Made by a program: the position numbers and the translations under genes. The notes under the pieces were generated by a model. That model searched no databases, was not told the DNA's origin, and saw only the letters and a list, made by a program, of their open reading frames with translations. A stretch of DNA of 64,000 bases from a virus. Positions within the stretch are counted from its first letter, which is position 1. The number at the start of each line of letters is the position of its first letter. Shown here one piece after another: positions 18,905 through 27,844 of the stretch. The stretch lies in the IMG/VR virus record IMGVR_UViG_3300044949_002468, positions 2,250-66,249 of that record; one strand, 5' to 3'.

Positions 18905-18966
18905 AACACTACCCCCACTTTCAACCTTAACTTGTCAACCAGAACTCAAGTCACAGGTTAATGTAA

Positions 18967-19012
18967 GGGTCGCTTCGCTCAAACCTGACGGATTTGCAGG
19001 TTAATAGATTCC
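18967..19012 (-). other. Putative cos packaging site (lambda cosN-like)
   Basis: Minus strand ATCCGTCAGGTTTGAGCGAAGCGACCC aligns without gaps to lambda ATCCGACAGGTTACGGGGCGGCGACCT (recalled); lies upstream of terS. Confidence 0.65.
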
Positions 19013-19223
19013 TTTACCATGGTGGTGGCTTGCCAGCCTTGCCACCCTAGTCGACCTTTTTGCTATGTCTCCTTATATACAGGTCATTTCTTTTTTCTAA
19101 GAACATACAGGATTTGGTTGGCAAGGGTGGCAAGCACAGCAACAAACAGTCTGAGTGTTATTCAAGACAAATCCTTCTCTATTATAGAGATAGAACGAAA
19201 GAGAGAGCGCTAGACTGAGAGCG

Positions 19224-20570
19224 CTATTTCAATCCGATGCCATTCATGAACCGTTTTTGCTGCCCATTAACGACGTGGCGCGAGACGGTGATGTTTGGAT
19301 TCCGCTCATACAAAGCACGAAAGAAGTATTCTCGCGTGCGGTGCGGAAATTGATGGGCATCAAGAAATTCTGTAAATGCGTCGATGACATCCTCTTTCGG
19401 AGTTCTTAACTCTGGTGACAGGACGCAAGTCTCTCGAATAAAGCACCCAACGGGATCATTCGACAACTCAAACCGCTTTAAGACGGCCGTGCTGTGTGAC
19501 CCACCCGCAGGCGCCGGAAAGCCCTGCATAATGGCTTGGAGACCATCTACCAGCCAACCCAAAATGCCATCTCTTTCCAGACGAAGCTTGTCTTTCAAAG
19601 TAGGGTCTTTTTCGACCGGCTTCTTATCAAAAGCCAAAAATCTCGCCCTTCGATACTCGGCGTCCGTGCCACTTTTGAATCGGGGCAGTGCATTGCTCAA
19701 AAACCACAACTTACAAGTTGTCTGCATCTTGAAAGGCTTGCCGTAAATTGAACGAGCGACGATCGGCTCACCCGAAACGATCTGTTTGAAGTTAGCGCTC
19801 TCGTCCATCTCAACGGTATCAAGCTCAGTGCCAAGATTGACCAGTGCGGTCTGAAGGCCGGGCAAGGAGTAACTGCCGGGCCCACTGCTGCAAATCTGTG
19901 CAAGGGAAAGCCTCGTAACCAAGACATCATCGGAAAATGCGTTCACGATGGCGTCAGCTAATGTGCTTTTGCCAGTGCCTCCGGGTCCGTAGCAAATCAA
20001 GAACACCTCATGCTGCTTGCTGTCTGGGTAGAGACAATAGCCCGCAAACCATTGGAAGAGCGCTATGTCCTTGTAGTCATGCAGAACCTCATGAAGCGTT
20101 TTCGTAAAAAGCGGTGTTTCCACGATACCGTTCCAATTCGCGCCCAGGCATCCGGTGAACATGAGATCCTTTGAGTGCGGCTCCACGGTTACGCTCTCAG
20201 CAGTAACTCGCAGCACGCCGTTGTTGACGTTCACCAAGACCGAGTCACCGTCCCACGCCACTGCGCTCCGAAACTCCATCTCTGCCGTGCACTGCCTCTT
20301 TTCCTCCACGTGATCCCTGATGGCCTTGCTATGGCGCGCGCGCTGATGCTGAACCGGCAGCACCTCCATGGACAGCGAACGAAAAGTATCCTTTGATCGC
20401 GGGCGCCAGCACTTGCCGTCGTAGGCAAACCAATCATCACCCTTTGCCAAGATCGGCGGGGCCTTGCGCATAAAGGACGAGGCATATTGTGCCTCATCGA
20501 ACTTGTCCTTGCCCGCATCGGCCATCGGCATGATGGGCAGCGGTCCCCTTTTTTTCGGCGCAGTGCTCAT
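19224..20570 (-). CDS. P4/D5-family SF3 helicase
   Basis: D5_N region (NVNNGVL..HSKD); Walker A GPGGTGKST; FKQIVSGEPI.AR..Y, SNALP. Confidence 0.9.
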   Translation of the reverse strand: MSTAPKKRGPLPIMPMADAGKDKFDEAQYASSFMRKAPPILAKGDDWFAYDGKCWRPRSKDTFRSLSMEVLPVQHQRARHSKAIRDHVEEKRQCTAEMEFRSAVAWDGDSVLVNVNNGVLRVTAESVTVEPHSKDLMFTGCLGANWNGIVETPLFTKTLHEVLHDYKDIALFQWFAGYCLYPDSKQHEVFLICYGPGGTGKSTLADAIVNAFSDDVLVTRLSLAQICSSGPGSYSLPGLQTALVNLGTELDTVEMDESANFKQIVSGEPIVARSIYGKPFKMQTTCKLWFLSNALPRFKSGTDAEYRRARFLAFDKKPVEKDPTLKDKLRLERDGILGWLVDGLQAIMQGFPAPAGGSHSTAVLKRFELSNDPVGCFIRETCVLSPELRTPKEDVIDAFTEFLDAHQFPHRTREYFFRALYERNPNITVSRHVVNGQQKRFMNGIGLK

Positions 20571-21625
20571 GAGCGGCGCCTCCGTTTCCGCAGGCCCTTC
20601 TCGCACCAAGAACGCAGCATCTCGCACCACTCGGCACTGGTCGTTTCGTAGGCCCTGTGCACATCGTTAAAATCCTTCAAGCCATCATCATTCAACGTGT
20701 AGATAAATGGATGCACCGCCTTGCATCGCAAGCGCAGCGCAGTGACCAACGAGTCAGGCTTTAGCCACTCCTCTCCCGCCGTGTCGCCATCGGCAAAAAC
20801 AAAAGCCTGCACCTTCTGTCCCCAATCGTAGCTCATAAGTTTTCTCCAGCTCGAAGCACCCCGAATACCGACAACAGCCACGCCGCGCGGAAATTCAATC
20901 CCGTCAGACAGTGCATCGTAGAACGAAATCGCATCCCACTGGCCCTCCAGCACCACCAAGACCTTGCAGCTCTGGATGTCGCCAATGACAAAAGGCCATG
21001 AGCCAATGCCAGCCGGTTCAAAGCGAAATCGCCCCTTCAACTCCTTCGTGTGCACGTGAAAGCCTGCTTGAAAGCTCTCTTGGTCGCTCGATCCCGGCAC
21101 CCATACCGAAAACGCTTCCCTGCGCTGCGCTCGGTAGATCGGCATGCCCAAGACTTCTAACTCCACCATTTTTGCCACCGTCTGAACGCGCCACCCCCGC
21201 CAATCAGCGATCCTCTTCTGCTCCTGCATGTTATCGCCAAGCCAATGCAACCCGTCGCTCCAGATCCTCGCCGTTTTCTCATCCATCGGCTTCAGCTCAG
21301 TCTCCTCGATGCGCACCACCGGCTTCTGCACCGGCGCCTCCCAAGCGATCCCTCCCATTGCGCGCAGCGCCTCCGTAGCACCCGCCAAATCCGTATTCCG
21401 CGACAGCTGCCAGTAGTCCAGCACATCGCCGCCCTTGCCGCAGCCGAAGCACTTGAACCGCTCCATGCCATCTCGGCCGGTAGCCAGATAGAAAGATGGC
21501 GTCTTCTCCTGATGCAAGGGACAACAGGCCGCCCAGCGCGATCCTACGCGCCGCAGCGCCACGCCATCACGCGTCAGCACATCGCGCAGACTTACCCGCG
21601 CCTTGATATCCTCGATTTTACTCAT
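20567..21625 (-). CDS. DNA primase (CHC2 Zn finger plus TOPRIM)
   Basis: CPLHQEKTPSF..FKCFGCGKGGD; LEGQWDAIS; DGDTAG; KDFND. Confidence 0.9.
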   Translation of the reverse strand: MSKIEDIKARVSLRDVLTRDGVALRRVGSRWAACCPLHQEKTPSFYLATGRDGMERFKCFGCGKGGDVLDYWQLSRNTDLAGATEALRAMGGIAWEAPVQKPVVRIEETELKPMDEKTARIWSDGLHWLGDNMQEQKRIADWRGWRVQTVAKMVELEVLGMPIYRAQRREAFSVWVPGSSDQESFQAGFHVHTKELKGRFRFEPAGIGSWPFVIGDIQSCKVLVVLEGQWDAISFYDALSDGIEFPRGVAVVGIRGASSWRKLMSYDWGQKVQAFVFADGDTAGEEWLKPDSLVTALRLRCKAVHPFIYTLNDDGLKDFNDVHRAYETTSAEWCEMLRSWCEKGLRKRRRRS

Positions 21626-21650
21626 TCTTGTGGGGTCTCTTAGGAAAAAT

Positions 21651-22256
21651 TCAATTCATCGTTTGCCATCTCTCTCCGTTGCGAACAGCCAACACTCGCG
21701 CAGCCATCAGTCCCGCCTCATAGCCCTTGCGCACAGCCAGCACCGCATCATGTGCACAGCGCGCGGCTATCAACGGCGCGACATCCTCGCCCATCCACGC
21801 CAGCTCCATCGGCACCGCGCCATCGCGCCGTGCCCGCCACGCAACCAACTCCGCGTTAGACATCGACACCAGCCGCCGCCGCATCTCCTGAGCGGCGGGC
21901 AAGGACCGGCACCGCACATTCACCCGCAGGCCTGCGCGCGTCACCGCAGCGACAAACTGCCCGCGCGCGCGGTCATACCACACACCCGCTCCTCTACACC
22001 GGCCCACGAGCAAATTCTCCCGCCGGCAATCCGCCATATCGCCATTGGCATAGACCACACGCCCCCGCACGTGAGGCAGCAGCACTCTAGTCAGCAGCAC
22101 ACGCTCGTCGGCGCAATAAGCGCCACGACGGCAATTCCAATACCACTTGCGGCTCTCCACCAACGGAACATCCGCCGCATCGACGACAACCCGCCTTTGC
22201 GCGCGCCCGTCTAGAGCGAATTCCGCACGATGCCCCCTCACCTGCACACGTGTCAT
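21651..22256 (-). CDS. Degenerate HNH/AP2-like protein
   Basis: VDAAD...KWY; VVYANGDMADCRRENL (HNH-like, His lost); GVWYDR..QFVA. Confidence 0.5.
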   Translation of the reverse strand: MTRVQVRGHRAEFALDGRAQRRVVVDAADVPLVESRKWYWNCRRGAYCADERVLLTRVLLPHVRGRVVYANGDMADCRRENLLVGRCRGAGVWYDRARGQFVAAVTRAGLRVNVRCRSLPAAQEMRRRLVSMSNAELVAWRARRDGAVPMELAWMGEDVAPLIAARCAHDAVLAVRKGYEAGLMAARVLAVRNGERWQTMN

Positions 22257-22260
22257 AATG

Positions 22261-22479
22261 TCAGCGCGCGTTGAGAGCTTCATCCATGGCAGTCCGCGCC
22301 TCATCGAAGACACGAGCCAACTCATTCGCCGCCGCCGTCCGCCCAGCCTGCGCGATCCGATCCGCATCGTCCCCTGTCAGCCGCTCCAAAAGCAACTGAC
22401 CCGACTCAGCGAACGCCTGCCGCACCTCGCGCACCGTCTCCAGCCGCCGCGCTGCCTGAGTGATCTGCTCGGCGATCAC
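22261..22479 (-). CDS. Hypothetical protein
   Basis: GTGA coupling. Confidence 0.55.
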   Translation of the reverse strand: MIAEQITQAARRLETVREVRQAFAESGQLLLERLTGDDADRIAQAGRTAAANELARVFDEARTAMDEALNAR

Positions 22480-23171
22480 TGCGCCACCCCTTTCGTCGCC
22501 GCAACCTTCGCCGCCACTTCTTGATAGAGAGACACGATCTTCTCCACACCCCTCATCCAATGCTCCATATCGTCCACCGGCAGATCCAGCACCGCTGTGC
22601 GCCCGCCGATGCGACGAGCCCACGACTCAAATGCCCAATCCAACTCATCGAGGAAACCCAGCCCCCCGCTCTTCTTGCCCGAATCCTCATCCATCTCGGC
22701 ATCCGTCACCACCTCACCCCGCTCGATCGACCTCTTGAGAGCGCGCGCCGACAATTCGTGATCCACCACCTTGCGCGCCCACTGCTCCTGCAACTCATGC
22801 CCCTTGAACTCCAGCGAAAGGATCACCAGATGCTCCGCCGTCAGCCCCGTCCACGTATCGAAAGACAACTCCGCCTGCGCCAAAGCCAACGCCTTCCGCG
22901 CCTCCGCCAGCGGCAACTCCAACTGCGCCAGGATCACCTTCGTCTCCTCCTCCCCGTGCCACGCGATCGTCTGCTTCACCGCAGAGCCGAAGCACAGATC
23001 AAAGTGCTGGCCCAACATCCGCAACGTCCGCAACAACTGCGTGCACTCCTGCACCGACAACTGATCGAAGAACTTCAGCCCCCGCGGCGTCAGCTCGAAC
23101 TTCCTCTCGCCCCCCGGACTCGGCAACAACAACTCGAGTCCGCCATCATTGTTATACTTTGTGTTTTCCAT
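22476..23171 (-). CDS. Hypothetical protein (possible DNA-binding)
   Basis: ORF; LSARALKRSI motif. Confidence 0.7.
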   Translation of the reverse strand: MENTKYNNDGGLELLLPSPGGERKFELTPRGLKFFDQLSVQECTQLLRTLRMLGQHFDLCFGSAVKQTIAWHGEEETKVILAQLELPLAEARKALALAQAELSFDTWTGLTAEHLVILSLEFKGHELQEQWARKVVDHELSARALKRSIERGEVVTDAEMDEDSGKKSGGLGFLDELDWAFESWARRIGGRTAVLDLPVDDMEHWMRGVEKIVSLYQEVAAKVAATKGVAQ

Positions 23172-23184
23172 AGAAGAAATTTTG

Positions 23185-23541
23185 TTAGTCCCGCCGCATC
23201 TCCATCCAATCCGCCGAACGCTGCACCTCATCCGCCAGCAAATGCTCGTCCACGCCCAGATACTCGGCGGTCTGCTGCGTCGTCTTCAGCAACGACCGCC
23301 GCATGAACACCCACACCCGTAAAGCCAGCGCCACCGAAAACGCCGCCAACCTCGGCTCACGCGCGCCCGACAAACGCACGATCAACTTATTCATCAACCA
23401 CGCATTGTAATTCCGCGCCTCCGCCCGCAACCGCCGCTCGTGCAAGGCCACGATGTCCTCCGCCAGCTCCTTACGGAAACCGAATCGCTCCCGTAGCAGC
23501 GCCACCTTCCGCTCATGATCTTGTGCGTCGATGATATCCAT
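23185..23541 (-). CDS. HTH-containing protein, paralog of 23544..24317
   Basis: TTQQTAEYLGVDEHLLADEV; shared WL.NK...RL motif. Confidence 0.65.
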   Translation of the reverse strand: MDIIDAQDHERKVALLRERFGFRKELAEDIVALHERRLRAEARNYNAWLMNKLIVRLSGAREPRLAAFSVALALRVWVFMRRSLLKTTQQTAEYLGVDEHLLADEVQRSADWMEMRRD

Positions 23542-23543
23542 AG

Positions 23544-24317
23544 TCAGTTCCAGCCAAACACCCGATGCCGCCAGTGATTCGCACCCGCCTGCGCGCGGCG
23601 GAACGACTCCACCGCTCCCTGCCCCTTCATGTGCAGCCCCTCCTTGATCCCGAGAAAATCCGCCGCCTTACGCACCTCCTTCGAAAGATTCTGCCGCGTC
23701 GTCGCCAGCGCCCGCGCCGCCGCCATTTGAGTGCGGCACGGCACCCGACGCATCCTGCGCTGACCATCATCCTCCGTCACATGCCGCATGATCCACACCT
23801 CCGGCACTGAGAGAGCAAACGCCACCGCCACCGAAGCCACCTTCGCATTCGTCGCCGCCGCGAGACGCTGCAACACCTTATTGAGCAACCAATCCGAATA
23901 CGCCAACCCCCGCGGCCGCGCCTCCTGCTCATCCCACTGCGCCAAGGCCGCCGCCGTCTCCCGATCCAACCCGAAAGCCTCCTGCAACTCATCCGCCAGC
24001 GAATCCAACTCCGCCGCCATATCCACCTCATAAGAAGCCCTCGACGAATTGGCCACATCCTCATCCAAGCCCGAATCCGACCTGCCTCCCACGACCTCCC
24101 CATGCACCAAGGCCAACTTCTCCGGCGCCGACAACTCATGCCACCGCTGCGCCACCCGTGCATACGCCGCCGACAGCAAAGCCAAATCCCGCTCCTCCCG
24201 CGACAGCCCATCCAACCACCGCAACATCTCCGCCTCCGCCGCACGGCGCCATCCCTCGGCCCGCACCTCATACGGCAGCTGCGCCTCCACCTCCTCCTTC
24301 TGTAAATCATCCCTCAT
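23544..24317 (-). CDS. HTH-containing regulator (possibly sigma region 4-like)
   Basis: TQMAAARALATTRQNLSKEVRK. Confidence 0.7.
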   Translation of the reverse strand: MRDDLQKEEVEAQLPYEVRAEGWRRAAEAEMLRWLDGLSREERDLALLSAAYARVAQRWHELSAPEKLALVHGEVVGGRSDSGLDEDVANSSRASYEVDMAAELDSLADELQEAFGLDRETAAALAQWDEQEARPRGLAYSDWLLNKVLQRLAAATNAKVASVAVAFALSVPEVWIMRHVTEDDGQRRMRRVPCRTQMAAARALATTRQNLSKEVRKAADFLGIKEGLHMKGQGAVESFRRAQAGANHWRHRVFGWN

Positions 24318-24490
24318 TGCAGACCCATTGCCTCCTCACGTGTTCTGCGGCGCTGCAGCGCTCTTTGCTGAGAAGCCGCCGCTACGCCGCCCCGAGCGCC
24401 CACCCGACGGCAACACTCACGGAAAGGCAGCCGAGTCCGCTGCATCATCTCCTCCACAGCCTTCAGCCAATGGCGGCGCGGATCTCTCAT
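24314..24490 (-). CDS. Hypothetical protein
   Basis: ATGA-coupled to the next gene. Confidence 0.45.
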   Translation of the reverse strand: MRDPRRHWLKAVEEMMQRTRLPFRECCRRVGARGGVAAASQQRALQRRRTREEAMGLQ

Positions 24491-24835
24491 CGCGCACCTC
24501 CGCTCCACCAGCGCCGCCGCTGCTCCTCCGCACGGCCCGCCTTGCGTCCGAGGTGAAAACCAATGTCGTAGGCCGAAAAAATGCAGAGAGCACCGGCAGC
24601 GCCCACCAGCAAAGCCACCAACGCGATCACCCCGTAATCGCTCATGGCCGCCCCCTCCGAGGAATCCGATTGATCGGCCTACTAAGTGCTGCACTTTTTT
24701 TCCGCCGCGCTGCACTAACCGGCACGGCCTTTTTGATTCGGGATAACATTTTCATTTTATTGCCATGCTCCTTTCGCCTTGCTTAATCCACGGCAAAGCC
24801 CGAGAATCCACCCCATGCCGCATTCGAAGAACACA

Positions 24836-25012
24836 GTGTCACCAGTGACACCAAAAGTGACACTCTTCGTAAACCGTTGATCTATTAGATACTTACATTG
24901 CCTCGTGGTGTAACGGTAGGTCCAAGCAGCACACTTTGCTTCTCTGTTAATCCACGTTGTTCCACCGAAAAAACCGCTAATCTTCTTGTGTCGAGTGACA
25001 CTCGGTGACACT
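24836..25012. mobile_element. Putative attP: tRNA-5'-like core flanked by GTGACAC arm-type repeats
   Basis: Core TGCCTCGTGGTGTAACGGTAG (24899-24919); GTGACAC copies near 24845, 24857, 24995 and 25005, plus an inverted copy at 24836; immediately upstream of the integrase. Confidence 0.7.
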
Positions 25013-25020
25013 TTGCGGGT

Positions 25021-26124
25021 ATGGCCTTCCTGCGGAAAAAGCCCCGCTCCCCCTACTGGTTTCTGCGCTCCCGCGATCCGGACACCGGCGAGTTGCGCGA
25101 GGAATCGACCAAGCTGCGCCATGACAATTTCGAGCAGACGCGCACGGCCCGGCGCCAAGCGGAGAAGGCCACGCACGATGAAGCACGCTTTGCCACCGCG
25201 GACGGGCCGCGCGACGCCGCGCACTTCTCTCATTGGGTCGCCACCTACATCGCCTCGCACTACCAGCGCGGAGCCAGCCTGCGCCGCTATCAAGTCGCTT
25301 GGGCCAACCTCTGCGTCTTTCTGACCGAACACAACTTGCGCCACCCGCGCCAGATCCGCTACGAGCACGCCGCCGAATACGTGGCGTGGCGACTGAAGCT
25401 GGGCATCAGCAGAAACACCGCGCGGCTCGAGGTGAAGTTCTTCGCCTTTATCATGGCCGAGGCCATCCGGCGCGAATACTGCGAGCGCAACGCGATTGCC
25501 TTGGCCCGCGTGCCGCGCTCGCCCGTCGTGCCCCGCCCCGACCTCGATGCCGATGACCTCGCCCGCGCCCGCGCCATCTTCGTCAATCGCCCGAAATGGA
25601 TGCGCACCGTTTTTGAAATTCAAGCCCACTTGGGTTGTCGCTTTTCGGAAACGTCCATTCCCTTCGCCCACATCGACTTTGACCGTGGCATTATCCACCT
25701 CACCGATTCCAAGCGGCCCGACGACGACCCGCGCAAACTTTACGCCGTGCCCCTGCCCGAGAGCCTGCGCCCCTACCTCCTCGCGCTCAAGGAATCCGGC
25801 GCAGAACGCACCGTCCACGTTCTGAGCGGCGACGACAACCGCTGTTTCAATATCTACCTCAAGGCCGCGACCGGAGCGACCAGCCACAGCCTGCGCGTGG
25901 CCTTCATCTCCCGCTGCCATCGCGCGGGGCTCTCCGAGATGCAGGCGATGAGGTTGGTCAATCATAGCTCGCAGCTTGTTCACCGCATTTATTCACGCTT
26001 GTCGGTGGAGGATATGCGCTCGGCCATGGAGAAACTTCCGGCGGTCTTGCCCCCACCGCCCGTGCCTGCTCCGGGGTCGCCCCCGCGCGGTCATTCAAAA
26101 AATCCCTCACCCAGCGCAAGGTAG
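25021..26124 (+). CDS. int: Tyrosine integrase
   Basis: N-terminal arm-binding region (SPYW..ESTK); LGCRFSE, K, HSLR, NHSS..VHRIY. Confidence 0.92.
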   Translation: MAFLRKKPRSPYWFLRSRDPDTGELREESTKLRHDNFEQTRTARRQAEKATHDEARFATADGPRDAAHFSHWVATYIASHYQRGASLRRYQVAWANLCVFLTEHNLRHPRQIRYEHAAEYVAWRLKLGISRNTARLEVKFFAFIMAEAIRREYCERNAIALARVPRSPVVPRPDLDADDLARARAIFVNRPKWMRTVFEIQAHLGCRFSETSIPFAHIDFDRGIIHLTDSKRPDDDPRKLYAVPLPESLRPYLLALKESGAERTVHVLSGDDNRCFNIYLKAATGATSHSLRVAFISRCHRAGLSEMQAMRLVNHSSQLVHRIYSRLSVEDMRSAMEKLPAVLPPPPVPAPGSPPRGHSKNPSPSAR

Positions 26125-26293
26125 TCTTGCGACCAAAGAACGGGCACCCAACTCGCTTGAGGGCATTGATTTGGTTTACGCCGAGTCCGATGGCAGAGCA
26201 AAGCTGGCGCGGATAGTAAAGCGTATCGGGATCAATGACCGCGTGGTCGTAAGTCGCACCGCTTGTTTGCGCTGGGGAGGGCAAAGTGATCAT
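25958..26293 (-). CDS. Excisionase-like DNA-binding protein
   Basis: LYYPRQLCSAIGLG...GCPFFGRKTTLRWVRDFL winged-helix pattern; convergent with and overlapping int. Confidence 0.5.
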   Translation of the reverse strand: MITLPSPAQTSGATYDHAVIDPDTLYYPRQLCSAIGLGVNQINALKRVGCPFFGRKTTLRWVRDFLNDRAGATPEQARAVGARPPEVSPWPSAYPPPTSVNKCGEQAASYD

Positions 26294-26526
26294 TGCGGGA
26301 CTTGTTGGAGGTGCGCGATGCCGCGCTTGCGCTTTGCTTCCGCAAGGACGAGACGAGTGAGTAGTTCACTGACGCCGCCATGCAACTTGCGAGCGAAAAC
26401 CAAGTCGCGCGCCGCGATGTCGATGTCCTGCGACCAGCGAATCGTGCGATTCCTGTGAGTGGTTTTGGCACCTAGACAAAGAGCCTTGGCACCGGAAATG
26501 AGGACGGTTGATCTGTTTTTGGGCAT
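26290..26526 (-). CDS. Ribbon-helix-helix-like regulator
   Basis: RTIRWSQDIDIAARDL...GGVSELLTRLV. Confidence 0.6.
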   Translation of the reverse strand: MPKNRSTVLISGAKALCLGAKTTHRNRTIRWSQDIDIAARDLVFARKLHGGVSELLTRLVLAEAKRKRGIAHLQQVPQ

Positions 26527-26631
26527 ATATCTTTACGTGTAGGGGTTTGATATCGGGACGGATCATACGGATCAGCCGTATCATGCCAATAAAAAATTGC
26601 GGTGGGCGCGCTCCATGCGTATGCTGACAGA

Positions 26632-26814
26632 GTGAACAAGAGCAAAAATAGTGCCGACCGGAAGCGCACTGTTAAGTGGAGCGAAGACGTTGATGCACTT
26701 GCCATTACACTTGCCGCTTCCCACGGCTATTACCCCGAGAAGAGCAAGGGGGGGGTCTCGAAGTTCTTGGCCGATCTGGTCCTGCGGGCCAAAAAAGCCA
26801 ACTCCTCTAAGTAG
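26632..26814 (+). CDS. Ribbon-helix-helix-like regulator (divergent paralog)
   Basis: RTVKWSEDVDALAITL...GGVSKFLADLV. Confidence 0.6.
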   Translation: MNKSKNSADRKRTVKWSEDVDALAITLAASHGYYPEKSKGGVSKFLADLVLRAKKANSSK

Positions 26815-26827
26815 GGTCTTTCCCTAC

Positions 26828-27508
26828 CTACGCCACGCTTGGCCTGATGCGCAGAAACGCGCGGGCCAAGCTCCGCCGCCGCACTTTGACATAGACGCCA
26901 TCGCCATCCCGGCTTCCTGCGCCATTAGTATTGCCCTCCACTGCCTCGAAATAGTTTTCGTCGATGTTGCGCTTCACGATCCCGATGTGAGAAAAGTCAT
27001 ATATGACAAACATCCCCGGCTCTGGCTCCGCCGTGTCCGGCAGGATCTGCACTGTCGCAGGGCGAGCCTTGGCCCACTTGAGAAACCCATAGGCCAGGGC
27101 GGTCTTCGGCCTCCACGCCTGCGGCGAGGTTTTCTTCAAGCCCAGCCATTTCCGATTGTCGGGATCATCGAGCCAGCGATCGAGACACCAGCAGCAGAAC
27201 GCGGCGCAGTATGGCCACGCACCGGGATCGAGATTCGACGCGCTCTGATACTTGCGCACCTCGGGCCCGAGATTATTGCCCTTCGTTTCCTTTTTTCCCA
27301 CTTCCCGCGCGGCGATGATCGGAAGCATCGCCATGCGATTTGCGCCGCTCGGCTTCCCTGTGTATACGCTGGTGCGCTGCGGCAAGGACTTCGGCGAGGT
27401 CGCCGAGGTCGAGCCTTTCGACGAGTGCGAGAGCGACGGCGCGGCGATCAGCTTCGGGCCAGCCGCGTAGCCCGCGAATAAGTTCCTCAACCATGAGAGC
27501 ACGTTCAC
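26828..27508 (-). CDS. CHAP-domain endolysin
   Basis: PYCAAFCCW, SHIGIV, VEGNTN. Confidence 0.85.
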   Translation of the reverse strand: MNVLSWLRNLFAGYAAGPKLIAAPSLSHSSKGSTSATSPKSLPQRTSVYTGKPSGANRMAMLPIIAAREVGKKETKGNNLGPEVRKYQSASNLDPGAWPYCAAFCCWCLDRWLDDPDNRKWLGLKKTSPQAWRPKTALAYGFLKWAKARPATVQILPDTAEPEPGMFVIYDFSHIGIVKRNIDENYFEAVEGNTNGAGSRDGDGVYVKVRRRSLARAFLRIRPSVA

Positions 27509-27645
27509 TTCTTCAGACCCGGTTCCAGAGGCCGCTCGATTTGCAGAAAGAACTCCCGCGTATCGAACTTATAGCCCGTGCCCACCCTCATTCCCTCGCA
27601 GCCCGCGAGGAAAAACAAAACCACAACCGCCGCCACGAGACGCAT
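27505..27645 (-). CDS. Small lipoprotein (spanin-like)
   Basis: MRLVAAVVVLFFLAGC lipobox; between holin and endolysin; not in the ORF track. Confidence 0.65.
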   Translation of the reverse strand: MRLVAAVVVLFFLAGCEGMRVGTGYKFDTREFFLQIERPLEPGLKK

Positions 27646-27648
27646 AGC

Positions 27649-27813
27649 CTAACGCTGCTTGGTGAACACATTGATCAAGCCGACGAGGGACAGCCCCACG
27701 GCAATGATCGCATTGGCCTGCATGGGATCCAGACTCACGCCAGCGGCGGTCAGGAGCATCAGAATGCCTCGCCAAGTCGAATCTTCACGCAACCGGTCGA
27801 GTATGTAGTTCAT
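27649..27813 (-). CDS. Holin
   Basis: RLREDSTWRG plus two TM segments; TTGACA-N14-ATG. Confidence 0.75.
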   Translation of the reverse strand: MNYILDRLREDSTWRGILMLLTAAGVSLDPMQANAIIAVGLSLVGLINVFTKQR

Positions 27814-27844
27814 ACCCACACCGGCACTGTCAATCCGGGGAGCT

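Noticed and set aside
21651-22256. Active HNH homing or packaging endonuclease
   Set aside because: The catalytic His/Asn positions appear substituted (VVYANGDMADC), so it is kept only as a degenerate, probably DNA-binding protein.
24899-24960. Complete tRNA gene
   Set aside because: Only a 5' acceptor/D-arm-like segment is present, with no anticodon arm, T-arm or 3' acceptor strand. Treated as an att core.
24757-25983. 408-aa - strand ORF
   Set aside because: Shadow of the integrase, running through attP.
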